Shown here piece by piece: positions 35,562 through 47,400 of a stretch of 64,000 nucleotides of DNA. The notes below the pieces were generated by a model. That model saw only the letters and a program-made list of their open reading frames with translations. It was not told the DNA's origin and ran no database searches. The translations under genes and the position numbers were made by a program. This DNA comes from Marsupella aquatica (Eukaryota > Plantae > Marchantiophyta). The stretch is from positions 9,794,287-9,858,286 of the forward strand of contig OZ316899.1 in NCBI GenBank assembly GCA_973895155.1, written 5' to 3'. Each line of letters starts with the position of its first letter. Positions within the stretch are counted from its first letter, which is position 1.

Positions 35562-38500
35562 TGTTCGAAATTACTTTCTATTAGCATAATTGCTGATTAG
35601 CTATCCTTAGTTAGTATCAATCCATGTGCTCTTTGTAGCACAGGAGTAAGATCTAATCTCTACCATAGGCCTTACTTGTGACCCTTCATACTGAAATGAC
35701 TCTTCCGGCTGAAGTGTCACGACTATTCTAGTGACACACATATGAAGTGTCACGACCCTTATAGGGACACACCTGTTGGTGTTGTCCATTCTGTAGATTA
35801 GCTATTTACCATTGAGGAACTTGTATTCCCGTATCACTTGTAATACAAATCAGTTGAGTAGCTTCCTCAATTCTGTGCATTCATTTCATTCTCTCGCATG
35901 GTATCAGAGCCTTCGTTCTGAGATCTCTCTTTTCTGAAATTTAGGGGATAATTGGGAGTTGAAGGACGCTTCAACCCTCTACAGTGTGTAGGGACGTCAC
36001 TCACTAATTTCTCCAGTTTCAATAGGGTTCTCAGAATTTGAGTAATCTCAAATTCTATAAGAAATTTTATCGCAGTTAGCTTTGTGAGAATTTTCTTGAT
36101 CCCTGGTAGACGTTTTTATCATTTAAAATGATGAAAGCTAATACTAAGACACTGTACCCAAATTTTCTGGTTCTTCTTACTACATATGGCGTTTAAGAAT
36201 GATCGGTTTCTTAAAAACTCGTGTGTTATGGACAGTGGTTGACGGTAGCTTGGTGAAGCCTACTTCGCCACAGGCTGATGTTGATGAATGGATCAACAAG
36301 GACCTAATAGCCCAATCGTTTATCCAAAGCCGTCTAGATGATAGCCAATTTGGTCATCTCTCTGGTACGACTACTGCTGTTGAGATGTGGTCTAGGTTGC
36401 AAAACCTATATCAAAATCAGGATAAAACTGTACAATTGTATCTGGAATAGCAGTTCCATACCCTGAAGATGAAGGAAGGGAAAGTGTTGTGAAGCACATT
36501 CACCTTTTCCGCACCCTGATTGATCAGCTCAGTGCAGCTGGCAAGACCACAGACGATGCAACTGCAATTCGAGCTTTGATCCGCAGCATGCCAGACAGCT
36601 ATGACAACATCAGGACTGTACTATGCATGCAGCCTGGATTGGATCTATCATCTATTATCGCTGCTCTTCTTCAATATGAGATGAGCAAGAAGAGCAAATC
36701 GGAATCTTCCACTGCATTATTTGTAGGGAAGACTTATCCAACACAAGGAGTAAGCCTTTCAACTCAAAGAAGGGTGGATATTCTGGTAACGGTACTTCCC
36801 CATGCTAGACCCACACCCACTGGTGAATCTCCTTCTACTATTCAATCTTCATCTACTGCTTATCAGCGCAATCCTTACAAAAGGATGAGATGCCACTACT
36901 GCAATCTGAAAGGCCATCATATAAAAGACTGTCGAAAAAGGATTGCAGAAGAAACTTCTGGTTCAAGCTTGAGAGCACCGCAAGCAAATACTGCTGCCCA
37001 ATTATATGTGTCTGTTGCCTACTCTGTTACCCCGAATTCATCTAAAGATGATTCTTGGTATTTAGATACAGGAGCTACACATCATATGGCGCATGATGTT
37101 GACTATTTTTCCTCTTACACTCTGTATGACAAACCACAGTATGTCTATCTTGGAGATAGTTCGACTCAAGCTATTCGTGGCACTGGAACTGTAGCCGTTT
37201 TATTGAGTAATGGTCAAACCCGTGTAATACCCGATGTATTACACATCCCTGGCCTCTCTAAAAATCTCTTTTCAGTCAAGCAACTAGATCTAAGCGGTGG
37301 CTCATTGCACATTGCAAATCGAGTTTGTACCTTACACCACGTCAAAGGGGATGCCATCGCCACTTGCAAGTTGGCACAAGATCTATACAAACTTGGAGAT
37401 GCAATGAAGTCTCCTTCCATCATTGCTGCAGCAGCAACACATGCCAATTCATCTCATCTTTGGCATAGCCGTCTTGGTCACATTAGTAGTGATCGAATAC
37501 AACAATTGAAAAAGCGCAATATGGTTCAGGGACTTACTCACTTTGATCCCTCCAGTTTGTCAACTTGCACAGCTAGTGTTCATGGAAAACAAGCACGCTT
37601 ACCTTTTCCTACACAACCTGCTATTAGGGCCACTGAATTAATTGGCCTAATGCATTCTGACATCTGTGGCCCAATATCCCCACCAACACATTATGGCTTT
37701 AGATATTTCATATCTTTCATAGACGATTTTTCCCGTTTCACTACAGTTTATTTGAGCAAAAGTTAGGGCTCTCAATCGTTTCATTACTTTTGCTGCCAAT
37801 CAGCACAAACCACTGACTGTTAAAGTCTTGCGCTCAGATAACGGTACTGAATATACATCCGCTGACTTTGATGCTTATTGTGTTGAAAAAGTCATTAGAC
37901 AGCAATTCACTGCCCCCTATACTCCAGAACAAAATGGGTAGCTGAGCGCAAAAACCGTACATGGATCAATACTGTGCTTCTATGCTTTTTGAATCAGCTC
38001 TTCCCAAGCCTTATTGTGGAGAAGCACTTCATACTGCAACTTATGTGCAGAACTGCAGTCCGACTAAGGCCATTTCAGTTCATAAGACTTCTTATGAAAT
38101 GTGGGTTTCTCATAAACCAAATCTGACTCACTTACGCATATTTGGCAGTCCAGCCTATGCCCATATTGATAATTCTTTCCTTAAGAAACTGGATTTACAC
38201 ACAGCTGCATGTATTTTCTTGGAATAGTGATCAGACAAAATCTTATCGCCTTGAAAGAAAGAGTGATCGAAAGATCCTTTTCTCCAGAGACGCTGTTGTA
38301 CTTGAACACCAAGTGGGCAATGCCACTACATCAACAGGCATAACCTCTGAAGAAGAGCTTTCTTTGCAAGCTGATCCCAAACTTTTCAGACCAACACCTG
38401 CTTTGATCCCTATACCACCACAACTTCCTTTACTTCCAGCTGCTTCTGCTCAGCAGACCACTCCTTCATTGCTGGTTCCTAATGTTCATCTTGCACCACT

Positions 38501-38870
38501 TCTGGTTCTATTTCTTCACCAATTCCTGGACGAACTCCTTTGCATCACCAGAGGCGTGCTCGTAGTCGTTCTCCAGGTTCGACCAATCGATATAGTTCTC
38601 CTCCTCAACCTCGAAGAAGTGGAAGGATTACTTCTCAAGTGCAGAAGTATGATGCTCTTGCTGAAAGTTTCAAGACCCAACAGCAATGGGCTTTACTATC
38701 TACTACAAGTGTTTTTAAAGAACCTTCATCTTACAAAGAAGCTGTAACTGGACCCCATGCAAACAACTGGAAAGCTGCTATTTCTGTTGAACTACAGAAT
38801 ATGGCAAGAATGCAAGCATGGAAATTGGTACCCTTGCCTCCTGATAGGTCTACTGTTGGATGCTGTAATA
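35562..38870 (+). mobile_element. Ty1/copia LTR retrotransposon, 3'-truncated at the start of RT
   Basis: LTR ending CA at 35898 (start approximate) and PBS TGGTATCAGAGC at 35899-35910. Gag from ~36200, knuckle CHYCNLKGHHIKDC, protease WYLDTGAT, LWHSRLGH, integrase HSDICGP / RSDNGTEY / PEQNG..ERKNRT, then RT start WKLVPLPPDRSTVGC, after which similarity ends. Confidence 0.92.
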
Positions 38871-39129
38871 ATGTGAAAGATCTATTGAGTCGAGAGTTCC
38901 TTCAATTGCCCTTTCTCGTTTCTCAATAAGGGAATTGTGAAAAAGGAAAAAAAACAAATCCTCAATCGACAGACTGGATTTCAGCCCCACTACATCAATT
39001 TCACTTCAAAAGTTTAAGAGTGGGATAAATTGGAACAGATTGATCTCTCGTTTTCAAGTAAAAAAAAATCCAATTAGGGATTCTATGTGGGGGGGGGGGG
39101 GAGATTTCTCACAATTGGATTCCTGCTAG

Positions 39130-39211
39130 CCTTGGATGCTATGACTCTTGGAATATGAAAAAAGTTTGATCCTTGGATGCTATGACTCTTGGAATATGAA
39201 AAAAGTTTGAT
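39130..39211. repeat. 41-bp tandem duplication
   Basis: CCTTGGATGCTATGACTCTTGGAATATGAAAAAAGTTTGAT twice. Confidence 0.9.
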
Positions 39212-39249
39212 GTAAGAGCCTTGTGCTGATAACGTGTTTGACTTCATAT

Positions 39250-39275
39250 ACCCTAAACCCTAAACCCTAAACCCA
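39250..39275. repeat. Telomere-like (CCCTAAA)3 tract within the LTR
   Basis: ACCCTAAACCCTAAACCCTAAACCC. Confidence 0.8.
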
Positions 39276-40098
39276 TATGCACAACTACCATTTCCTCCTA
39301 GTAGGTTCTTTATATAGATGCGGGGTAGGAACATTGGGTATCAACCCAAACCTGGAGTCAACATAACTCAGGTATAACTCAGGTTTAAGGTAAGGTTTCT
39401 TTTCTTTTCTTTTCTTTTTCAATAAAACCTGCAAAACCCTACGAGAAAGGGGGCTGAAAGGCAACAATGAGACCCAAAGAAGGGAAGGCCAAAAGCCAAG
39501 GAAGTGAAAGACAAAGAAAAGCAACATGAATAAACCAAGCTACTTCTAGAACCAGGCTGCCCATAGTCCCTCAGAAGATGATGGTCCCACAACATAACCC
39601 CACATCCCCAGTTCCGCCAGCAAGTCACAGCCAGGGAACCCAGCCAAGATGTGAGAACCAAGAAGGGCAGAAGCCCTAAAGCCAGGAGAGGCTATAAAGA
39701 AGGGACTAAGTAACTAAAAACTAAGATACTGAGAATCTAGCCTCCGGACGGGGAACCCATAGCAAGCGTTCCTTAATAGTTTCCTCGTTAGTCCGCAGCA
39801 GTCGAGTGCGCCGGTTGCTGGGGCCAGAGTCCTCACACAGGCCATGAAGCTGGTCAATTATCTCCAAAAATATCCTAAGCATGTCAAAGCTGCACCTTCT
39901 ACCATTATTGAAGACACTGTCATTCCGTGCTAGCCACAAGTGCCAAAGAACTTGATACACCATAAAGATTATCAATGAGCGGGCAAGACTGTGTCCAGAG
40001 AAAGCGTCCATCAGAGCTTTCAGATCCGCAATAGGCCAAGTGATCAGATCCGGAAAAGTCCGGGCAACTAGTTCCCATGCTTTGCGTGCAAACGTACA

Positions 40099-40402
40099 CC
40101 CGGGGTCCTCACTTCTTTTCTTCCAACCCATCACGCGCAAATAAGTATAGGGTTTTTTTATTGGGTTTAGTGAAATACTTTTAAATTTTTGTTGAAGAAC
40201 ATTAGGGTAATTTAAATCCAATTTTGAGAATTATAAAAATCATAGGGTTTTTTAAATCAAATATGAGAATATTCTTGAAATATTCCATTAAGTTAGGGGT
40301 AAAAAAATTCCTAAAAAACTTTATTGACTTAACTTTTAGGGTGTTTATTCCCCCAAAATTTCAAATGTGATATGGGACACCCCTTGGATTGAGGCCCCCA
40401 AG
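40099..40402. mobile_element. MITE (CTCGGGGG-type TIR family) inserted in LINE 2
   Basis: 8-bp TSD AACGTACA at 40091-40098 and 40403-40410. Imperfect TIRs CCCGGGGTCCTCA / TGAGGCCCCCAAG. AT-rich core shares GAGAATATTCTTG.AATATT with 58546-58832. Confidence 0.8.
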
Positions 40403-43123
40403 AACGTACATGTGAAAAAAATGTGTGGAATGGTCTCAGGCATAGAACTGCAAAGACCACAAGTACCATCACTTTTCCCGATTTTGGAGGCCCAGACGTT
40501 AGTGAAAAGTCCCTGTGCAATCACTCTCCACAGAAATGTGCGAGACTTTGTAGGAATATCAGAAGACCACAGTGAGTGCAAAAGGTGGCTCCATTCCCGG
40601 TCAGAAAGATGTAAGGACCAAATTCTGTTAAGTCTATTGAATTCGTTGCCCTTCGTGCGGATCAGTTGATAAACCCTGGCATTGGGAAGAGCAAAGTGAG
40701 TCAATCTCTCCCTTTTGTCAGCCCAGATCCAGCGAGCAGCAGAAGTACCTGCTTCTTGAACATCAGTAATCCGTCTAATCTCTGTCACCAAAGAGATACA
40801 CCGCGCCCCCAGTATAGGATCCAAGCCTCTAATCCTATTGAGCTTGTGTCAAACACATTCCAGAGGGTTGCCGCCCCACCGTCTAAGGTCAGAGACCTTT
40901 CTCAGACCAATCCGGCCAAAAGTCCGAATTAGCATGCTTTCCCTTCTTTTAATAGATCCTAGAATCCTTCCAGACTCCTAACTATATCCTCAAAGCTCCA
41001 CCAAGAAGCAACAGCAGCACCAGCAGGTGAGAATATCAGATGAGTGCGGAGTACTTCCCAAGCTTTCCAAAGATTGCCAATGTAGCTCAGACCACTAAAT
41101 GAACGGGGGTAGAAAAGTAAGAGCCGGTCCGAGAAAGAGTAGCCGTTCCTCCTGATAGTTTTCTGGTTGTGCCATTTGGCCATTTTCAGGTTCTCATAGT
41201 AAAGTTTAGCCCAGTCCGAATCCGGGTGATCCAACGCCTTGTAAAACCATTGTACAAGGAGGGTATCAGAATGGCTCCAAAATTCCTTAAATCCCAGCCC
41301 CCCATCAATCTTAGGGCGTGTCATTGTCTCCAGGCCACCAGAGGGACCTTTCTCCCCCCAGCAGAGTTGTAACCCCAGAGGAAGTCACAACAGAGAGCCA
41401 CCATCTTTCTAGCCGGGGCACTCGACAAATGCAGGAACATCATGTGGTATATGGGTACAGCTTGGAGAACATGCTTAACCAATATAGTGCTGCCAGTGAA
41501 TGATAAAAACCTGGTGGACCACGTGGATAACCTGGCTTCAATTTGATCCAGACAGAAAGAGTGAAGCTGTGAGGCCTGGACCCCCCATCCAAGAGGAGCA
41601 CCCAAATACTTCTGAATTTCCCCTTTCCTACTGATGTTGCATCCTGTCTCAACCAGCCACTCGGGAATCTTGTGAAGTCCCAAAGGAATTACCGTCAACT
41701 TGCGCAGATTCAGTTTGGCACCCGAAGCCAGCTCGTAACACTCAATAGCTAGTCAGGCCCCATTGAAATCCTCCAGTGTAGCAGGAATGAACATACCAAG
41801 GTCATCAGCAAAAAACTTGTAACAGATTGTCAACAAAGCCGATATCTGAATACCTCGCAGAGTGCCTTGAGCTAATTCTCCATCGAGAAAGTCCATGAAG
41901 GGTTGGGTTGAGAGTACAAACAACAGAGGCAATAATGGGCAGTCTTGACGTACTCCCCGCAGCATACTGATGTCCTTAGAGAAAAGACCATTAATGTGAA
42001 TCTTAGAGCTAGCCCCGGTAACAAGTGAACGTACCAGCCTGATGTAGTGGCTCCCCAGGCCTAGGAGGTGCATAGATTCCCATATATAAGAATGATTAAC
42101 CCGATTGAAAGCTTTCTCAAAATTGAGCTTGAGGAACAAGGATTCTTTCTGCTTGATTCTGACCCAATCCACTGTAAGCCACTAGTTGAAATGTTCTCAA
42201 GAATGTGACGCCCCGGGATGAATCTCGATTGCTGAGTGCTTATCAATTGATTCAGCAGAGGTTTTAAGCGTCGGGCAAGGAGTTTAACTATGATCTTGTA
42301 TGTCGTATTGAGCATAGTGAGGGGTTGCCAGTCCTTCAGTTGCCTTTTATCCGCCTTCTTAGGTATCAACTTTATAATCCCCATCTTCACACTGCCCGCC
42401 AATTTGCCTGTTCTCTAGAATGCAAGGATCATGCTCAACAAGTCATCACTTATGAAGTCCCAGCACTTCCGGAACACTTCAGCCGTTAACCCATCAGGCC
42501 CCGGTGCTTTATGAATCGGAAAGGACCACAGAGTATCTTTGACCTCCTCCAATGATGGTGGTAGCTCGAGTTTTGCTAGTTCCGTGGCAATCAGTGCCTT
42601 CCGTGTGTTGGAAAACAGCCGCCGCCTTGCTGCCTGAACCTCCCCCGACTCACTCTGTGTCTCTTCATCGTGTGCCTCATATAATGCCGAGAATTGCTTT
42701 TCAATCTCCGCTAACATTAGGCTTTCCTGAGTGATAGTCTTGCCATCATCTAATAGTAGCACCGACATTGTCTCCCTCATTTGCTTCTATTTAAGCATGG
42801 CAAAATAAAATTTTGACGGCTCATCTCCTTGTCCCAGCCATTTGATACGTGAGAGACGTCTACCTTGCATGGCCTCCTCATGCTCAGCAATCCTTACCTG
42901 ATCCTCCGTGGTGGCAAAATCTTTCAGATCGTCATCAGAGAAGTTGTTTAGGAGTTCCAATTTCAAGGAGCGCAGCCTCTCTCTAAGATCCTGAACTTTG
43001 ATCTCTCTGCCCAAAACCTCACGTTGGAGCCCCATGTAATCCTGTCGCAAACTCCAGCAAGCACGATTAAACCTGAGATGCGATTCGGAGGTACCGATTC
43101 GATCAAAGAAGTTGCAGATTTGA

Positions 43124-43490
43124 GGGGTATGGCACGCGTGACAGTAAACAGGAAACAGGTTTACTGGTACCAGCAAAATTTTTCATGTTACCAACAAAAT
43201 GTTACTGTTCATTTACTGTCAAAATATTTTCTAAAAAGTCTCATTTTCCAAAAACATTTAAGTTACAACATTTTTTGGCTAGCTTTGGGCCCTAGCATTA
43301 CCAGCGTCGGGCGCTAGCAAATAAAATACAATTTTGAAAGAAAAAAAAACTTTTTTTTCCCCAAAAAAAATTTCAAAAACATTTCAAAAACATTTCAAAA
43401 ACATTTCAAAAAAAATTATCACTCATTTTCCTGTTACCAGTTTCTGTTTTCTATTACTGTTTCCTGTTTCTTGTCGTTTGTAAATACCCC
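43124..43490. mobile_element. Mutator-derived MITE inserted in LINE 2 ORF2
   Basis: TIRs GGGGTAT...ATACCCC, flanking duplication ATTTGA, subterminal CTGTTACCAG/AACAG motifs resembling the element end at 61219, and internal (CATTTCAAAAA)n. Confidence 0.8.
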
Positions 43491-45610
43491 AATTTGAGCC
43501 GCTCTATATTGGCTGCGTCTTTTAGGAGACCTGCATTTGCTTTGAAGTATGATGACTTTTGAGTATTATTACAAGTGTCCACGGCAGTGAGCCGGCATCT
43601 AATAATGCATGGATCATGGTCTGAAAGAGCCAAGCTCCCTTCATGCAATAATTCTTTGACACTTCTAGTCCACCATCCTTGCTCACTGAAATAGAATCTG
43701 TCAAGCCGTGATTGCACGATCTTCCCATTAATAATCCTTCTCCAGGTGAAATCCTGCTCATGTAAACTTGTGGCTGATGCTGATGGCATCCACTAAGTCA
43801 AAGCGCATTTTCAAGAATCTCCAGAATTCTTCCTCACGCCCATGGATGAGGGGGGAAGAGCCAGTTGAATCTATACTCCTTTCAGTCATATTAAAGTCGC
43901 CACAAATAATCCAATTATCATGAGGCAACAAGGCCTTCAATTCATGCCAAAGCAGCGCCCGCTCCCTGGCCATATTAGGAGCGTAAATACTTGCGAGACC
44001 AAATTTGCCTTCCTGGTGCTCCACTCTGACCCATACAGCGCGGCCCTTATCAATGATCCCGGATTCAATGATCTTAAGCGAAGGATGCAACAGTAAAGAC
44101 GTGCCCCTGCGTCCATCATCGGGAGCGGAGAGATGTTGGTAACTGGGAAAAATAGCTCATAAAGCTATGTCTAATCTAAATTGATCTGCCTTGACTTCTT
44201 GTAATGCAAGTGCTGTAAGTGGTATCTTCAATGAGGAGAGCCAGTTTGACGACCTGTTTCCGGTTAGGGTCACACATATTGCATACATTCCAAGACACAA
44301 ACGTGAGTAATGTACTCATCCTATGCGTTGGCAAGCCCCGCTACAGGCCATCTCTTATTCAATGCAGAGAAACCGACCTAGAGCTTCCCGGAGAAAGGTT
44401 GTTCTCGGGGAGAGTTTGCCTAGCGTCCCGGATCCGTCTGCCTCTTTCATCCTGCTCCACCAATTGCCGTTCATCACGCCAAGCCTGGTCTTCCATGAAA
44501 AGACAATCCCTGTATGGAGTTTGGGCAGACTCAGACTCAGCTGCCAAATATTGCAGAGATCTTACCTTCTTATTATCTTTCCTCAGATCATCTTTCTTCA
44601 GTGTCGAAGGAGGAGTTTGTAGCTCAAGCTTCCATACTCTTTCTTTTTTCAGTTGGCTTTTGGTGATGTAGTCCTCGTATTCAGACATCTCAATGTCAGA
44701 GCCCCCTTGATAGGATTGATTCTCCTCTTCTCCACTTCCATCTTGTGCAGCTTCATATTCTTCAATCGCTGAGAGCTCTTTCACCCTCGCCGGACCCGAG
44801 CTCCGTGAGTGGCCAGGCAAAGCAACACTCGCCTCGCAGCCTTCAGTTCAATTAGTCACAAGCCTGTCCTCAGTGATCGCCAATGCAGGCCACGTAGCCG
44901 GGTCCAGTTCCTGTTCCTGGGTATGGTTTGGGTCAACACTGTGTTCCTTTTGAGTCTGGTCATTTTTGGCGCTTACATGCACATGAGTCTCCCGATTGAC
45001 GACTGAAAGCGACAAAATCCTGGAGGGGGGATGAGTCTGATTTTCATGTGCATGGCCCACGCCACTCCGTGTCCTCCGGTCTGATCTATTTAGGGACTCC
45101 GCATGCCTACTTGCTTCAGCACTCCTTGCCGTTTCCAGAGACTCGTGGATCTCCACACCAACTCTGAGCTTGCTCGCCTCTCTGATTGAGGATAGATGAT
45201 TGCCTCGTCTTGCTGAAAGCGGTACACCGAGTGTCCCCTCGCCCACCCTAGTAGCAGCGTCACCACCATCGCCAAAGCTACTGCCGTGTCGGGGCTTATT
45301 AGTACTAGTGAAAGCCTTTGAGTTGCCGCTATCCGGGATATCCGCCGTCATCGTGGCCTCCTGAGAGATTTTTCCTGCCCTCGTATGCTCACCTGTCTTC
45401 TATGCCCCGTTGGTTTCATGGCCTTTAGTATTGTTCTCCCCCTGCTCAAAGGCTTTGCAATCCCAAGCTAAGTGCCCCTTCTGGTTGCATTTGAAACAAT
45501 GATATGGTATATTCTTGAATACGACTGGCTGCCAAATCGTGATGCCCCGGTGATTGGTTTAAGGTAAGGTTTAGTTTAGGTTATAACACTAATCTCATAG
45601 TATAATATGA

Positions 45611-47400
45611 CTCGGGGGGTCAACTACAAGTAAAGGAAGGCAAGCTACAAAACCACGGGCTATCTTCCCTTTGGCCTTCTATCCCTTCAAATACTTTCGA
45701 CAAAAAAGGTCCTCACAATAATGAATAAGTTGTGGCTCACTAGTCTTTTGGATGAGATGTCCATCCGGTTCGATCCAAACAAAGTAATCTGATGGCCATG
45801 TCTGGAGCTGGAAGAGGGAAAGGTGCAGTTATCTTTCTACAATGATAAGCCCAACTCCACAAGTTAGGAGTCTCAATCTCTGGCAATCGCAGCTTATTGA
45901 TAGGAAGCCACAGAATACCACAAGAAACCGGAACTATGTCGTAGGTATGTGGAAAAAGAAAAAACTCATGCCCAAACATTAGTGGAGGTAAGGGAGGTGC
46001 AAGAGGAATGTGTGCGTCAATGAGTGACGTGATCATCCTAGCAAACTCAAAGGGAAAAACAAAAGTGGCTCAATATTGACAACAGAAGAGACAATAGGAG
46101 GCTGAGACATCAAGGGTGTAGGAGCTACAAATGGTTTAGGGTTTAGGGTTTAGGGTTAGGGAGGCTCTACAGTCTCAGGCTTAGTCTCAGGAATAGGCTC
46201 AGGAATGGGTTCATTTTCTTCCCTGATAAGAGAAGGAAATGAAACATGGGAGAAAATGGAACTGGAGTGGGTAATGTTGAAGGGGGTAAAGGCTCAAGGG
46301 TAGGAGATGGAGGGTGCTCGAGTAGAGGGGGTGTAGGTGTGGATGGAAGAGGGAGTGAAGGATCAACAATAGGTATCTCTGGCTCATCCACATCCATAGG
46401 GTGGTCAGGCTATGGTGAAGGTGCAGGGGGTGAAACATGAGGAAGTTGGGTGGAATGAGACTCAAAAATCAAAGCATGAATACAGTCAAGTAATTGCATG
46501 GGAGTACAACTCGAGAGTCTAGTGGCTTCATCTACCAAATGCTGGTTGAAACCAGCCACACTAGCTAGTCGCTTAGCATCACCAACAAAATCAGTCCACG
46601 ATGTGTAGAGGTGGAAGCAACAAAAGAGGGAGAAGTCATCCCTGGTAGGTCTGGTGTTGTCGTCTACTACATTGGAGGGGGTCTCGGTGAGGTCATGGGC
46701 GGTGGAGTCAACTCTCTTGCTAACTCTGGCTAAGGAAGCTCAAAGTGTCTTACTCTCCTCCAGTCGGTCAGCTCCACTGGTAACAAGCAGCCTCTCAAAA
46801 AGTAGATGTGTCCCAAGTAGGGTGTCAAATAGATATCACTGGTAGTAGTCATGACAGCTACTTGCTTGGCAATCACCTCCACAAGAACTATGGCCCAGTT
46901 GATCCTCCTCTTGCTCCATGAAGCAATGATGGAGCTGGCCAAGTAAACCATAGCCCTGGTAGGCTTGATCGGATGAAAGATAGGTACAAGGAATCTGAGT
47001 AAATGAGCTAACTCTTGGTTCCTGCACTGATCAATCTTCCAACCAGACCTTCGGTTCTTGGTACCTCTAAAGTAGGGGACAGTCAAGTCTCTTTCCGACA
47101 GAAATCAATCCCTCTCCAACCTGGCTTAACTGGTACACCTTGGAAACAATGGTGGCGGTACAAACATCAGCTGAACCTCTAGTAGAGCTCCAAAAAGTGC
47201 CAACTTGGGGGGACAAAGAAAATTGGCAATGATGGATCCATGCACCATACCCCATGGAATGAAAAGCAAAGAACTCAATCCCATCTCCACCAGGTTACTA
47301 AGAAGGTGAAAGTAAGTTGTAGGATCTGAAAGCAAGGTCACCCTAATGGTCTTACCAACTAGTAAGCTTCTGGTAGCCACAGCTTCATAAATTTAGGGTT
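45611..47400 (-). pseudogene. Degenerate transposon-associated accessory ORF region starting next to a CTCGGGGGGT TIR-like end
   Basis: Fragments LVEMGLSSLLFIPW and YFRGTKNRRSGWKIDQCRNQELAHLLRFLVPIFHPIKPTR...INWAIVLVE..YLTPYLGHIY, then a Pro-rich tail. CTCGGGGGGTCAACTA at 45611 matches the TIR at 58546. Confidence 0.45.
46133..46161. repeat. Interstitial telomere-like (TTTAGGG)n tract
   Basis: GGTTTAGGGTTTAGGGTTTAGGGTTAGGG. Confidence 0.85.

Larger units (their letters stand above)
39399..45555 (-). mobile_element. L1-clade LINE (copy 2), 5'-truncated, with A-rich tail and 17-bp TSD
   Basis: TSD GGTTTAAGGTAAGGTTT at 39382-39398 and 45556-45572. A-rich tail at 39399-39419. ORF1 knuckle CFKCNQKGHLAWDC near 45500, endonuclease (YAPN, GDFN, RLDRFY, SDH), RT (KAPGPDG, FEKAFNRV, GVRQDCPL, FFADD, KYLG), zf-RVT CGLC..ETIPHIFFTC. 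Confidence 0.95.
39222..45588 (-). mobile_element. Bianca-like copia PBS and 5' LTR (~180 bp: 39235-39398 + 45573-45588), split by LINE copy 2
   Basis: GTGCTGATAA-CG-TGT at 39223-39237 is the same PBS as at 55858-55867. Removing the LINE and one TSD copy gives TG...TTATAACA of 180 bp, close to the 175-bp LTRs of the complete element. Confidence 0.7.

Noticed and set aside
46133-46161. Telomere or chromosome-fusion site
   Set aside because: Only about 4 units are present, embedded in repeat-derived sequence, with no head-to-head arrays.
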